A stretch of 37,513 bases of DNA from a virus (taxonomy: Duplodnaviria > Heunggongvirae > Uroviricota > Caudoviricetes): IMG/VR virus record IMGVR_UViG_2724679239_000004; one strand, 5' to 3'. Shown here piece by piece: positions 27,103 to 37,513 of this stretch. Positions within the stretch are counted from its first letter, which is position 1, and every line of letters begins with the position of its first letter. Below the pieces are notes generated by a model. It saw only the letters and a list, made by a program, of their open reading frames with translations, did no database searches and was not told where the DNA came from. The position numbers and the translations under genes are program-made.

Positions 27103-28590
27103 ATGTTTGAAGATGCTTTAAATGCCGTTAATTCTGTCCGGGATAAAATCGGCGGTGGTAAGAAAACAACCGGCAAAGGCACGTTCCGTAACGTGCCGTT
27201 TCTCGTCATTGAGGAGCAAAAACAGGCTGGCGGACGTCGTCTGGTTAAACGCGAGTACCCGTTACGTGATACCGGCGGTGTCAATGACCTGGGGAAAAAA
27301 CTTCGCTCCCGCACATTCAGCATCTGCATTCTGAACAGCAACGCAGAGACTGCCAGAGATGAAGCGGGTGCGCTGATGGATGCTCTTGATGCACCGGGCA
27401 GCGGCGAACTGGTGCATCCAGAGTTCGGCACTGTGGACGTCATGGTGGATTCATGGGAATGCCGTACTAAAGCGGATGAACTGAATTATTACGCGTTCAC
27501 CGTTACCGTTTATCCGTCGTTGCAGGATACAGCCCCGGACGCAGAAACAGACACCAGTACAGCCGTATCTGCACAGGCCGTTGCTGTAACTGGTTCGCTG
27601 GGGGATACGTTGTCCTCTGTCTGGCAGACCGTAAAAGATGGCACAGCGGCGGCAACAGCCGTAATGGATGCCGTAACCGGCGTCATCGATGATATCTGTG
27701 ATGCGGTGGATAATCTGGGGATCACCCAGACTATCAGCGGCCTGATGGGGTCACTTTCTGCAATGAAAGGTTCTGTGACCGGCCTGATAAATAAACCAGC
27801 CATGCTGACATCTTCACTGATGGGGGCGTTATCCGGCGTTTCATCGTTATGCGATACCCGGACAGCATTTTCCACCTGGAACCGTCTGGCGCAGCGGTTC
27901 GAAAGCCGACATGCCTCCACCACTGACAGACAAGGTGCCATTACCACTTCATACAGCAGCCCGGTTGCAGAAAAAAATATTGCCACACTGAACTACGTCA
28001 TGCTGGCAGCAGCACAGACATACCGGGCGGAGGCAGCAAGCCAGGCACTGACTGCGGCACTGGATTCCAGCCGTCAGATGGATAATGCCGCCCGTGCACC
28101 GGCGCTGGATGTATCAGTCACAACAACCGGCATCGCCAGTGGTGCCAGCAGCACATCGTCCACGGTCACACAAAGCCAGTTGCAGTTAACCGGGATAACC
28201 CCGGACGGCGGCTTTTCACCAGTATCCTTTTCAGACAGTAGCACAGCCACGCCCCCGGTATTTGAAAGCGTGTCCGATATCGAAAAAACAACTGCCATGC
28301 TGGGGGCGGCGCTGGATAGCGTCATTCTGACGGCATCTGAGCAGGGTTTTTCGACAGACAGTGTTCAGCTTACGCAACTGCGTCTGCTGGTTGTTGCCGA
28401 TCTGGAAAAACGCGGGCTGCAACTGGCGGGTAGTGAATTACACCACCTGCCGGAAACGCTCCCGGCAATGGTGGCACTGTACCGGTTCACCGGAAACAGC
28501 CGGAACTGGCAACGGCTGGCCCGCAGGAACGGTATCAGCAACCCGTTATTTGTTCCCGGTGGTGTCAGTATTGAGGTGATTAATGAGTAA
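27103..28590 (+). CDS. P: DNA circularization protein P-like (gp43)
   Basis: 495 aa after the tape measure; Ser/Thr/Ala-rich central region. Confidence 0.7.
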   Translation: MFEDALNAVNSVRDKIGGGKKTTGKGTFRNVPFLVIEEQKQAGGRRLVKREYPLRDTGGVNDLGKKLRSRTFSICILNSNAETARDEAGALMDALDAPGSGELVHPEFGTVDVMVDSWECRTKADELNYYAFTVTVYPSLQDTAPDAETDTSTAVSAQAVAVTGSLGDTLSSVWQTVKDGTAAATAVMDAVTGVIDDICDAVDNLGITQTISGLMGSLSAMKGSVTGLINKPAMLTSSLMGALSGVSSLCDTRTAFSTWNRLAQRFESRHASTTDRQGAITTSYSSPVAEKNIATLNYVMLAAAQTYRAEAASQALTAALDSSRQMDNAARAPALDVSVTTTGIASGASSTSSTVTQSQLQLTGITPDGGFSPVSFSDSSTATPPVFESVSDIEKTTAMLGAALDSVILTASEQGFSTDSVQLTQLRLLVVADLEKRGLQLAGSELHHLPETLPAMVALYRFTGNSRNWQRLARRNGISNPLFVPGGVSIEVINE

Positions 28591-29716
28591 TACCGTCACA
28601 CTGCGAGCGGATGGCAGGCTGTTTACCGGCTGGACGTCAGTCTCTGTCACCCGCTCGATTGAATCCGTAGCCGGATATTTTGAGCTGGGGGTGAACGTGC
28701 CACCGGGTACAGATTTATCCGGGCTGGCACCGGGGAAAGCGTTCACGCTGGAAATCGACGGGCAGATTGTCTGCACCGGTTACATCGATTCGCGGCGACG
28801 CCAGATGACCGCTGACAGCATGAAAATCATTATTGCCGGGCGCGACAAAACGGCTGACCTGATTGACTGTGCAGCCGTTTACAGTGGCGGGCAGTGGAAA
28901 AACCGCACACTGGAACAGATTGCGCGTGACCTGTGCGCTCCTTATGGCGTTACCGTTCGCTGGGAGCTTTCCGATAAGGAAAGTTCGGCAGTTTTTCCCG
29001 GCTTCACGCTGGACCATTCAGAAACCGTTTATGAGGCGCTGGTGCGTGCCTCCCGCGCACGCGGTGTACTGATGACCAGCAATGCCGCAGGAGAGCTGGT
29101 ATTCAGCCGGGCTGCCAGCACAGCCACTGATGAGCTGGTTCTCGGAGAAAATCTGCTGACACTGGATTTTGAGGAAGACTTCCGCGACCGGTTCAGCGAA
29201 TACACCGTCAAGGGGTATGCCCGCGCAAACGGTGCTGAGGGTGATGATATTGATGCGAAAAGTATCGTCTCCCGGAAAGGGACCGCCACTGACAGTGATG
29301 TGACCCGTTACAGACCGATGATCATCATTGCTGACAGCAAAATTACGGCGAAGGATGCACAGGCCCGCGCCCTGCGTGAGCAACGCCGCAGACTGGCAAA
29401 ATCCATCACCTTTGAGGCAGACATTGACGGATGGACACGCAAGGACGGGCAACTCTGGATGCCAAACCTGCTGGTCACTATTGATGCCTCGAAATATGCC
29501 ATCAAAACCACGGAATTACTGGTCAGCAAAGTCAACCTGATACTGAATGACCAGGACGGGCTGAAAACTCGCGTCAGCCTTTCACCACGCGAAGGCTTTC
29601 TGGTGCCGGTTGAAAGCGACCGTAAAAACAAAGGTGACAGTAACGGCGGTATTGATGCGCTGGTTGAAGATTATTATCGCAGACACCCGGAGAAAACGCC
29701 GCCGTGGAAAGAGTAA
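28583..29716 (+). CDS. Q: baseplate hub protein Q-like (gp44)
   Basis: 377 aa, position in baseplate block. Confidence 0.7.
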   Translation: MSNTVTLRADGRLFTGWTSVSVTRSIESVAGYFELGVNVPPGTDLSGLAPGKAFTLEIDGQIVCTGYIDSRRRQMTADSMKIIIAGRDKTADLIDCAAVYSGGQWKNRTLEQIARDLCAPYGVTVRWELSDKESSAVFPGFTLDHSETVYEALVRASRARGVLMTSNAAGELVFSRAASTATDELVLGENLLTLDFEEDFRDRFSEYTVKGYARANGAEGDDIDAKSIVSRKGTATDSDVTRYRPMIIIADSKITAKDAQARALREQRRRLAKSITFEADIDGWTRKDGQLWMPNLLVTIDASKYAIKTTELLVSKVNLILNDQDGLKTRVSLSPREGFLVPVESDRKNKGDSNGGIDALVEDYYRRHPEKTPPWKE

Positions 29717-30297
29717 ATGATTCCGCCATGAACCGCCTGCTGACGCCGCTGATGCGTCGTGTGCGCCTGATGCTTGCGCGTGCCGTTGTTAACGTGATTA
29801 ACGACGGGCGAAAGGTTCAGAACCTGCAGGTTGGTCTGCTGGATGATGAGGAATCTGATGAAGTGGAGCGCCTGCAAAATTACGGGCATTTCAGCGTTCC
29901 CTTGCCGGGCGCAGAGGCGCTGATTGCCTGTGTGGGCGCACAACGTGATCAGGGGATTGCCGTTGTGGTGGAAGACCGCCGCTACCGCCCGACAAATCTT
30001 GAACCGGGTGATGCAGGCATTTACCACCACGAGGGACATCGTATCAGGCTGACAAAGGACGGGCGCTGCATCATTACCTGTAAAACGGTTGAGGTTTACG
30101 CTGATGAAGGTATGACCGTTGATACACCCAGAACCACATTTACCGGCGACGTTGAGATCCAGAAAGGTCTGGGCGTTAAAGGTAAAAGCCAGTTCGACAA
30201 CAATATTACTGCCCCGGATGCCATCATCAATGGCAAATCGACGGATAAGCATATCCACCGCGGCGACAGCGGCGGAACCACGGGGCCGATGCAATGA
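29704..30297 (+). CDS. V: baseplate assembly/spike protein V-like (gp45)
   Basis: ORF from GTG 29704 (alternative ATG 29728); about 190 aa. Confidence 0.65.
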   Translation: MERVNDSAMNRLLTPLMRRVRLMLARAVVNVINDGRKVQNLQVGLLDDEESDEVERLQNYGHFSVPLPGAEALIACVGAQRDQGIAVVVEDRRYRPTNLEPGDAGIYHHEGHRIRLTKDGRCIITCKTVEVYADEGMTVDTPRTTFTGDVEIQKGLGVKGKSQFDNNITAPDAIINGKSTDKHIHRGDSGGTTGPMQ

Positions 30298-30731
30298 CCG
30301 ATTTAGCCATTATCTGGACGAACGGACGCGGCGATATTGCACAGGATGGCATTGATATGCTGACCGACGACAGCCTGACAACCGATGTGACAATCTCCCT
30401 GTTTACAGACCGGCGCGCGCTGGATTCTGACACGCTGCCGGATGGTTCAGATGATCGCCGTGGATGGTGGGGTGACAGTTACCGCGACCGCCCCATCGGT
30501 TCGCGGTTGTGGCTGTTGTCACGTGAAAAAGCCACGCCGGATACGCTGGAACGCGCCAGAGGGTATGCCGAAGAGGCGCTGGAATGGCTGAAAACAGCGG
30601 GCCGGGTAAGTGCGATTAACGTCAGAGCGGAACAGTTACATCAGGGCTGGTTATATCTCTACATTGCACTGACATTACCGGATGGTTCCGTTATTCCTTA
30701 TGAGTTTAAAGCAGCATTTAACGGGGTTTAA
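30294..30731 (+). CDS. W: baseplate protein W-like (gp46)
   Basis: 145 aa, ATGA overlap with V stop. Confidence 0.65.
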   Translation: MTDLAIIWTNGRGDIAQDGIDMLTDDSLTTDVTISLFTDRRALDSDTLPDGSDDRRGWWGDSYRDRPIGSRLWLLSREKATPDTLERARGYAEEALEWLKTAGRVSAINVRAEQLHQGWLYLYIALTLPDGSVIPYEFKAAFNGV

Positions 30732-31814
30732 ATGGCTTATTCACCACCGACATTATCATCGCTGATTGCCCGTACAGAACAGAATATTGAACAGCGCCTG
30801 CCGGGTAGCTGGCCTCAGGCCCGTGAAAAAACGCTGAGTGCCATTGCTTACGCCCAGGCAGGGCTTGCTGCCGGTTGTCACGAGCATATTTCGTGGGTTG
30901 GGCGGCAGATTATCCCGTCGACAGCAGATGAAGATGAGTTGCTGGAGCACTGCCGGTTCTGGGGCGTGCGCCGCAAACAGGCGACAGCCGCCAGCGGCCC
31001 GCTGACTGTCACCACATCGGCAGCGACCACCATTCCTGCCGGTACACGCTGGCAGCGTGCTGATGGTGTGGTTTACAGCCTGGCTGATACCATTGTGATT
31101 GACCATGCAGGAACGACGGAAATTACCGTTACCGCACTGGCTGCCGGTGAGGCAGGAAATACCGGTGAGAATACCCTTTTAACGTTGATCACCCCGGTTG
31201 CCTGTGTTGTTTCCGATGCCATCACTGTAAAAGGGTTTTCCGGTGGGGCTGATATTGAGAGTGCAGCGGAGCTGCTGTCACGGCTGGAATATCGTGTCCA
31301 GTATCCTCCGTTCGGCGGTAATCAGTTTGATTATGTTCGCTGGGCGCGTGAAGTCAGCGGCGTTACTCGTGCCTGGTGTTTTCCGACATGGAAAGGCGGT
31401 GGCACAGTCGGGGTGACGTTTGTTATGGATAACCGGAGCAATATTTTTCCACAACCGGCAGATGTGGAACGCGTGGCGGATTATATCGCCGGTCATACTG
31501 ACCCGATAACCGGCCTGATTGTCGGACAGCCTGACGGTGTAAATGTCACGGTATTTGCGCCAAAGGCAAAGCCGGTAAATCCACGGATTTATATATCACC
31601 GAAGACAGCCGAACTGAAACAGGCTATTACCCACGCCATTAATACTATGTTTTTTAATGAAGTGACGCCGGGCGGCGCACTTGCCCCCTCCCGTATTATC
31701 CGTGCGGTGGCAGGTGTTATCGGTCTGGATGATTTTGAAGTGCGTTTCCCGACAGAGATCCAGCGTTCGGAGAATACGGAACTGTTAACACCGGGGACAA
31801 TTGAATGGCTGTAA
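30732..31814 (+). CDS. R: baseplate J-like protein R (gp47)
   Basis: 360 aa, position and size. Confidence 0.7.
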   Translation: MAYSPPTLSSLIARTEQNIEQRLPGSWPQAREKTLSAIAYAQAGLAAGCHEHISWVGRQIIPSTADEDELLEHCRFWGVRRKQATAASGPLTVTTSAATTIPAGTRWQRADGVVYSLADTIVIDHAGTTEITVTALAAGEAGNTGENTLLTLITPVACVVSDAITVKGFSGGADIESAAELLSRLEYRVQYPPFGGNQFDYVRWAREVSGVTRAWCFPTWKGGGTVGVTFVMDNRSNIFPQPADVERVADYIAGHTDPITGLIVGQPDGVNVTVFAPKAKPVNPRIYISPKTAELKQAITHAINTMFFNEVTPGGALAPSRIIRAVAGVIGLDDFEVRFPTEIQRSENTELLTPGTIEWL

Positions 31815-32347
31815 CACCCTATCAGACGGCCTTTCTGCAATTACTGCCGTCAGGGCTTGCCTGGAATAAAAGCCCCGACAGCAAATTATCTGCGCTGGCG
31901 CAGGCCATCAGTGACGTGATTGCCACTGCGGCGGATGATGCGCGGCAAATGCTGCGGGAGCGTTTCCCTTCCACATCCCGCTGGTATCTGGGGGAGTGGG
32001 AATCATTTCTGGGGTTGCCGGACTGTACCAGCGAAAACGGCACCCTGTCAGAACGCCAGCGGGCTGCCGCAAATAAAATGCGTATGACCGGCAATCTGAG
32101 TCGGCGCTTTTATGAATGGCTGGCTGCGCAGTACGGTTTTACCGTCAGGCTGACGGATTCCACAGAAGGCCAGTGGGTTACGCAGGTCAATATTTACGGT
32201 ATTAAAAATTATCGCAACGCAACGGTGCTGGATAATGTTCTGACGCCGTTACGTGTTTATGAATCGGGTGCGCTGGAGTGTTTACTGGAGAAATATAAAC
32301 CCGCGCATCAGATTTATAAATTTGTTTACCATGACGGAGATAACTAA
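31805..32347 (+). CDS. tail protein (gp48-position)
   Basis: 180 aa, overlaps R stop and S start. Confidence 0.6.
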   Translation: MAVTPYQTAFLQLLPSGLAWNKSPDSKLSALAQAISDVIATAADDARQMLRERFPSTSRWYLGEWESFLGLPDCTSENGTLSERQRAAANKMRMTGNLSRRFYEWLAAQYGFTVRLTDSTEGQWVTQVNIYGIKNYRNATVLDNVLTPLRVYESGALECLLEKYKPAHQIYKFVYHDGDN

Positions 32348-33890
32348 TGTTTTATATTGATAACGACAGCGGCGTAACCGTCATGCCGCCCGTATCCGCC
32401 CAGCGTAGTGCTATCGTTCGCTGGTTTTCAGAAGGTGACGGGAATAATGTTATCACATGGCCCGGCATGGACTGGTTTAATATTGTGCAGGCGGAGTTAT
32501 TAAACACGCTGGAAGAAGCCGGTATTCAACCGGATAAAACAAAATTAAACCAGCTTGCACTGTCCATTAAAGCCATCATGAACAAGAATGCGCTGCTGAT
32601 AAAAAATAACCTCAGCGAAATTAAAACTGCCGGGGCATCAGCACAGCGTACAGCACGTGAAAATCTGGATATTAATGATGCCAGCCTGAACAAGAAAGGA
32701 CTCGTTCAGCTAACCAGTGCCACTGACAGCCCCAGTGAAACGCTGGCAGCCACCGCAAAAGCGGTGNNNNNNNNNNNNNNNNNNNNNNNNNNNNNNNNNN
32801 NNNNNNNNNNNNNNNNNNNNNNNNNNNNNNNNNNNNNNNNNNNNNNNNNNNNNNNNNNNNNNNNNNNNNNNNNNNNNNNNNNNNNNNNNNNNNNNNNNNN
32901 NNNNNNNNNNNNNNNNNNNNNNNNNNNNNNNNNNNNNNNNNNNNNNNNNNNNNNAACGACTCAATTCTTGCCTGGATTCGAAATACTGACTGGGCAAAAA
33001 TTGGTTTTAAAAATGATGCCGACAGCGATACTGATTCATACATGTGGTTTGAAACAGGCGACAACGGCAATGAATATTTCAAATGGAGAAGCAAACAAAG
33101 CACCACAACAAAAGACCTGATGAATCTTAAATGGGATGCTTTGTATGTTCTTGTCAATGCCATTGTAAATGGCGAAGTCATATCAAAATCAGCAAACGGC
33201 CTACGTATTGCTTATGGTAATTACGGATTCTTTATTCGTAATGATGGTTCAAATACATACTTCATGTTGACAAACTCCGGTGACAACATGGGGACTTATA
33301 ACGGATTAAGGCCATTATGGATTAATAACGCTACTGGCGCTGTTTCGATGGGGCGTGGACTTAATGTTTCAGGGGAGACACTTTCAGACCGTTTTGCTAT
33401 TAACAGCAGTAATGGTATGTGGATTCAGATGCGCGATAACAACGCTATCTTTGGGAAAAATATAGTTAACACTGATAGCGCTCAGGCGTTGCTTCGCCAG
33501 AATCACGCCGACCGAAAGTTCATGATAGGTGGACTGGGGAACAAGCAATTTGGCATCTACATGATTAATAACTCAAGGACAGCCAATGGCACCGATGGTC
33601 AGGCGTACATGGATAATAACGGGAACTGGCTTTGCGGCTCGCAAGTTATTCCCGGCAACTATGGCAATTTTGATTCCAGATATGTGAAAGATGTTCGACT
33701 TGGTTCACAGCAATATTATGGAGTGAACAACTGGCAAACATGGAATTTCCAGTGCCCTTCAGGTCATGTGTTGTCTGGTATTAATGTTCAGGATACAGGT
33801 TCCAACTCTGCCGATAATATAGCTGGCGTTTATTACAGACCAGTTCAAAAGTATATAAATGGCACCTGGTATAATGTAGCGAGCGTTTAA
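32347..33890 (+). CDS. S: tail fibre protein S (constant part plus Sv), interrupted by an N-run
   Basis: Two ORF segments, 32347-32766 and 32955-33890, in different frames across a 188-nt gap (not a multiple of 3); C-terminus ...[12 protein letters not shown] parallels the minus-strand Sv' C-terminus. Confidence 0.7.
32767..32954. other. unresolved sequence (188 N) inside gene S, spanning the expected gixL site
   Basis: Run of n characters; gixR lies about 3.0 kb downstream and no inverted copy of it is visible in resolved sequence. Confidence 0.95.
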
Positions 33891-33891
33891 T

Positions 33892-34419
33892 ATGATGCAC
33901 TTAAAGAACATTAAAGCGGGTAACGCTAAAACACTGGAACAGTACGAATTAACAAAGAATTTTGACGTTATCTGGTTGTGGTCCGAAGACGGAAAAAACT
34001 GGTATGAAGAGGTAAAGAATTTTCAGGAAGACACAATAAAGATTGTTTACGATGAACATAATATTATTGTTGCCATAACTAAAGATGCCTCCACGCTTAA
34101 CCCTGAAGGTTTTAACGTCGTTGAGGTCCCCGATATAACAGCCAATCGTCGGGCCGATGATTCCGGTAAGTGGATGTTTAAGGACGGAGCTGTAGTTAAA
34201 CGGATTTATACGGCAGACGAGCAGCAGCAACAGGCCGAATCACAAAAGGCCGCATTACTTTCCGAAGCGGAAAGCGTTATTCAGCCACTGGAGCGCGCTG
34301 TCAGGCTGAATATGGCGACGGATGAGGAGCGTAGCCGACTGGAAGCATGGGAACGCTACAGTGTTATGGTCAGCCGTGTGGATACGGCAAAGCCCGAATG
34401 GCCACAAAAGCCTGAGTAA
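33892..34419 (+). CDS. U: tail fibre assembly protein U
   Basis: 175 aa; clear paralogue of the minus-strand U' (MxHLKNIxxGNxKTxEQYELT...KWMFKDG...). Confidence 0.8.
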   Translation: MMHLKNIKAGNAKTLEQYELTKNFDVIWLWSEDGKNWYEEVKNFQEDTIKIVYDEHNIIVAITKDASTLNPEGFNVVEVPDITANRRADDSGKWMFKDGAVVKRIYTADEQQQQAESQKAALLSEAESVIQPLERAVRLNMATDEERSRLEAWERYSVMVSRVDTAKPEWPQKPE

Positions 34420-34424
34420 AAATT

Positions 34425-34444
34425 AAGGCCCGATATCGGGCCTT
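34425..34444. terminator. bidirectional terminator palindrome between convergent U and U'
   Basis: AAGGCCCGAT/ATCGGGCCTT, a perfect 20-bp palindrome with T-runs on both flanks. Confidence 0.5.
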
Positions 34445-34447
34445 CTC

Positions 34448-34981
34448 TCATTCTGGTTGTTCGGGAAACGTTACTGGCAAGCTGGAAGTGTCTGTAGATT
34501 CGACTTTCTGCGCAAAGAGCATCCACTCTGTTAATTTTTGTTTATTCTCGTCGGAAATGATGCCCAGCCGTAGCTGTGAGTCCCATAGCTGGGTTTTATC
34601 CCTGACAAGTTGCAACAGGCTTTGCTTTTCATTCTCTGCCTGCTGCCTCTGTTCCTCCTCGGTATAAGTTCGCTTTATCACTACGCCATCTTTGAACATC
34701 CATTTACCCGAAATGTCAGCACGGCGATTTGCAGTAATGTCAGCAACCTCAACAACGCTTAAACCTTCTGGATTTATTGTAGATACGTCTTTATCTATAG
34801 CCACAATAATTCCATCTGATGTGTAAGCAATTTTTATAGTGTCATCCTGGAATTTCTTTTGTTCCTCATACCAGTTTTTATCGTCCTCAGAATACAACCA
34901 GACAACACCGAATTGTCGCGTCAATTCATATTGTTCAACAGTTTTTGGATTTCCGGATCTGATGTTTTTCAAATGCTGCAT
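34448..34981 (-). CDS. U': alternative tail fibre assembly protein U'
   Basis: 177 aa on the minus strand, paralogous to U. Confidence 0.8.
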   Translation of the reverse strand: MQHLKNIRSGNPKTVEQYELTRQFGVVWLYSEDDKNWYEEQKKFQDDTIKIAYTSDGIIVAIDKDVSTINPEGLSVVEVADITANRRADISGKWMFKDGVVIKRTYTEEEQRQQAENEKQSLLQLVRDKTQLWDSQLRLGIISDENKQKLTEWMLFAQKVESTDTSSLPVTFPEQPE

Positions 34982-34983
34982 AA

Positions 34984-35973
34984 TTAAATACTTCCCGCGT
35001 TATACCAAGTGCCATTGATACAATACTGCACAGGTCTTGCCTGAGTTGTATCAATAAGTTCGTCCTTATTTGAGTTGATTGAGGCAGTAACAACATAACC
35101 AGATTTATCGTTCCAACCAGGACCATTCCATGTTTGCACTGACGATTTTGTACCTAATCGAATACCTGTAATAAATCGCGAATTACATTCTGCTTTGGTA
35201 TATGCACCAACATCTCCCGCTGATGGCTTGCGTGTTGTGGTGTAAATTTCTGACCAGTCAGCTTCAAATCCATAACCATCACGCGCTGAACGATAATAAA
35301 TACCGCCGTTCTTATAATTCACGCGGAATTGAACAGCCGGACAACTGCCAGCTCCCATATAAAAATGGAGAATCAACGTAGATGCTCCACCAATATTAGC
35401 GTTATAAACCCCGCTAATTGAGTTCCATCCAACGGCTTTGTCATTTCCAACAGTGCTTCCTGTCTGCCCTAAAGCAAATGCAGGTTGCTGGTTTTTTGTG
35501 CTGTAGTCACGCCGCCAGCCTGGGGCGTAATCTACGCCATGGTTTATATAAGTAAATTGCGCATTAGTGGTGCCACCTCCGGTGGAAGTGCTTGGTGTTG
35601 TTACACGGATGGTCATGGCACCTTTATTACCCATAACCTCAATAACGCAACCTGCAAGATGAATAGTTCCACAGCCAGTATCGGTAATAATTTTATTATT
35701 GCCGTATGACCATGAACATTTGCACATCCAGTATGGGTGATTGAATGCCCCTTGAGAATCCAGCCATTCAATCAATTGTGCCGTCGTCCAGTTTCCTGCA
35801 CCTGTGCTAATAGCACCATGAAAAGAGCGGCAAGCACCTATTGTTTGCGTAAATTTATCTTTGTTTGGAATATCTGCGCCGTTCTGGTTTTTCTGCAATG
35901 CGCCTGAAGCCTGATTTATCGTTTCCTGCAAACCGAGGTTTTGGATAATGGTCGATTTTGGCACGCATGGCAT
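34984..35973 (-). CDS. S': alternative variable tail fibre part Sv' (no own start in this orientation)
   Basis: Minus-strand frame open from gixR to a stop at 34984; C-terminal ...YCINGTWYNAGSI parallels the S C-terminus. The 5' extension of the frame into gin (to 36174) is antisense and not coding. Confidence 0.7.
   Translation of the reverse strand: MPCVPKSTIIQNLGLQETINQASGALQKNQNGADIPNKDKFTQTIGACRSFHGAISTGAGNWTTAQLIEWLDSQGAFNHPYWMCKCSWSYGNNKIITDTGCGTIHLAGCVIEVMGNKGAMTIRVTTPSTSTGGGTTNAQFTYINHGVDYAPGWRRDYSTKNQQPAFALGQTGSTVGNDKAVGWNSISGVYNANIGGASTLILHFYMGAGSCPAVQFRVNYKNGGIYYRSARDGYGFEADWSEIYTTTRKPSAGDVGAYTKAECNSRFITGIRLGTKSSVQTWNGPGWNDKSGYVVTASINSNKDELIDTTQARPVQYCINGTWYNAGSI
35922..35947. 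repeat. gix recombination site (gixR)
   Basis: TTCCTGCAAACCGAGGTTTTGGATAA, matching the recalled Mu gix half-site pair; located just left of the gin start. Confidence 0.75.
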
Positions 35974-36002
35974 GATTGGCGCTTTTAAACAGGAGATCCA
36001 GA

Positions 36003-36596
36003 GTGCTGATTGGCTATGTAAGGGTATCAACAAATGACCAGAATACAGACCTGCAACGAAACGCTCTTGTTTGTGCAGGATGTGAACAAATATTTGAAGA
36101 TAAATTAAGCGGAACAAGGACAGACCGACCGGGATTAAAACGCGCTTTAAAGCGCCTTCAAAAAGGTGACACACTGGTTGTCTGGAAACTGGATCGCCTC
36201 GGGCGAAGCATGAAACATTTGATTTCTCTCGTAGGGGAATTACGAGAGCGAGGGATTAATTTTCGCAGTCTTACTGACAGTATTGATACGTCATCTCCAA
36301 TGGGGCGTTTTTTCTTCCACGTTATGGGTGCCCTGGCTGAAATGGAACGAGAACTAATTATCGAGCGAACGATGGCTGGACTTGCTGCCGCCAGAAATAA
36401 AGGCCGTATCGGTGGGCGACCACCTAAACTAACCAAAGCAGAGTGGGAGCAGGCCGGGCGTTTAGTAGCACAAGGAATCCCCCGCAAGCAGGTCGCATTG
36501 ATCTACGATGTGGCCCTCTCAACTCTGTATAAAAAACACCCTGCGAAACGAACGCATATAGAAAACGACGATCGAATAAATCAAATCGATCGGTAA
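36003..36596 (+). CDS. gin: Gin serine DNA invertase
   Basis: GTG 36003 with SD AGGAGA; product VLIGYVRVSTNDQNTDLQRNAL... is near-identical to recalled Mu Gin. Confidence 0.9.
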   Translation: MLIGYVRVSTNDQNTDLQRNALVCAGCEQIFEDKLSGTRTDRPGLKRALKRLQKGDTLVVWKLDRLGRSMKHLISLVGELRERGINFRSLTDSIDTSSPMGRFFFHVMGALAEMERELIIERTMAGLAAARNKGRIGGRPPKLTKAEWEQAGRLVAQGIPRKQVALIYDVALSTLYKKHPAKRTHIENDDRINQIDR

Positions 36597-36604
36597 TACA
36601 GATC
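36570..36604 (+). promoter_or_regulatory. cluster of three GATC (Dam) sites upstream of com-mom
   Basis: GATC at 36570, 36588 and 36601, followed by a T6 run at about 36642; corresponds to the methylation-sensitive mom promoter region known for Mu. Confidence 0.5.
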
Positions 36605-36678
36605 GATTATGCCCTAATAACCACACTTAACCCACGATGTTTTTTAAGATAGTGGCGAATTGATGCAAAGGAGGTGAG

Positions 36679-36867
36679 ATGAAATCAATTCGCTGTAAAA
36701 ACTGCAACAAACTGTTATTTAAGGCGGATTCCTTTGTTCACATTGAAATCAGGTGTCCGCGTTGCAAACGTCACATCATAATGCTGAATGCCTGCGAGCA
36801 TCCCACGGAGAAACATTGTGGGAAAAGAGAAGAAATCACGCATTCTGACGAAACCGTGCGTTATTGA
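36679..36867 (+). CDS. com: Com zinc-finger translational activator of mom
   Basis: 62 aa, [16 protein letters not shown]...CPRCKRH; SD AAGGAGG upstream. Confidence 0.85.
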   Translation: MKSIRCKNCNKLLFKADSFVHIEIRCPRCKRHIIMLNACEHPTEKHCGKREEITHSDETVRY

Positions 36868-37513
36868 GTATGAAGGCCAGATTGTTGGCTATGGTTCAAA
36901 GGAGCTGCGCGTTGAAACCATATCCTGCTGGCTGGCCCGCACAATTATTCAGACAAAGCACTATTCCCGCCGTTTTGTGAATAACTCTTACCTTCACCTG
37001 GGGGTATTCAGCGGACGCGATCTGGTTGGCGTTCTCCAGTGGGGATATGCCCTTAACCCCAACTCAGGTCGTCGTGTCGTGCTTGAAACGGATAACCGGG
37101 GCTATATGGAGTTGAACCGCATGTGGCTACACGACGACATGCCCCGCAACTCTGAATCACGGGCCATCAGCTACGCGCTGAAAGTTATCAGATTACTGTA
37201 TCCGTCAGTGGAGTGGGTTCAGTCCTTTGCAGACGAACGCTGCGGACGCGCAGGCGTTGTGTATCAGGCGTCGAATTTTGATTTTATTGGCAGTCATGAA
37301 AGTACGTTCTACGAGCTGGATGGTGAGTGGTATCACGAGATAACGATGAACGCGATTAAGCGAGGTGGACAACGAGGCGTGTATTTACGGGCTAATAAAG
37401 AGCGTGCCGTGGTGCACAAATTTAATCAGTATCGCTACATCAGATTCCTGAACAAACGAGCAAGGAAGCGGCTAAATACCAAACTATTCAAGGTTCAGCC
37501 ATACCCTAAGTGA
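36818..37513 (+). CDS. mom: Mom DNA-modification protein
   Basis: GTG 36818 with SD GGAG inside com gives 231 aa, the recalled Mu Mom length; the ORF ends at the last base of the window. Confidence 0.8.
   Translation: MGKEKKSRILTKPCVIEYEGQIVGYGSKELRVETISCWLARTIIQTKHYSRRFVNNSYLHLGVFSGRDLVGVLQWGYALNPNSGRRVVLETDNRGYMELNRMWLHDDMPRNSESRAISYALKVIRLLYPSVEWVQSFADERCGRAGVVYQASNFDFIGSHESTFYELDGEWYHEITMNAIKRGGQRGVYLRANKERAVVHKFNQYRYIRFLNKRARKRLNTKLFKVQPYPK

Larger units (their letters stand above)
32767..35947. other. invertible G segment (left boundary inside the N-run, right boundary at gixR)
   Basis: Contains Sv-U on the plus strand and U'-Sv' on the minus strand, with the gin invertase gene immediately to the right. 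Confidence 0.7.
844..37513 (+). mobile_element. Mu/D108-like transposable prophage, left end to within mom (right end outside window)
   Basis: Starts with 5'-TGTATTGATTCACTTGAAGTACGAAAAAAACCGGGAGGACA, matching the recalled Mu left terminus, followed by the complete Mu gene order c-ner-A-B...gin-com-mom. The 5 bp just outside the end (839-843, TTCGT) fit the Mu target consensus N-Y-G/C-R-N. Confidence 0.9.

Noticed and set aside
1-37513. CRISPR array, tRNA or rRNA genes
   Set aside because: Looked for repeat-spacer periodicity near the cas gene and for tRNA-like structure at the phage boundary; none seen in this window.

Overview
Almost the whole window (844 to the end) is a Mu/D108-like transposable prophage, entered at its left end and running to within the mom gene; the right end lies just beyond the window. 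Gene order is the canonical Mu layout: repressor c (minus strand), ner, transposase A, B, a semi-essential early region with gam, gemA, mor, a middle/lysis block with C, then terminase, portal, head, tail and baseplate genes, tail fibre S-U, the invertible G segment with Sv'-U' on the minus strand, gin, com and mom. The left immunity region (c, ner, N-terminus of A) looks D108-type rather than Mu-type, while the rest of A onward looks Mu-like. The first 843 bp are host DNA: a Cas5e/CasD-like gene of a type I-E CRISPR-Cas system on the minus strand, with the phage end only 96 bp upstream of its start codon. The most interesting points are (1) a transposable phage inserted into a cas operon, (2) two minus-strand ORFs that fill the only gaps in otherwise tightly packed rightward operons (8269-8685 in the early region, 13200-13688 between the terminase genes), and (3) a 188-nt N-run inside tail-fibre gene S exactly where the left G-inversion site should be. 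No rRNA, tRNA or CRISPR array was seen. All family assignments come from reading the translated ORFs and from recalled knowledge of Mu; no database search was run.
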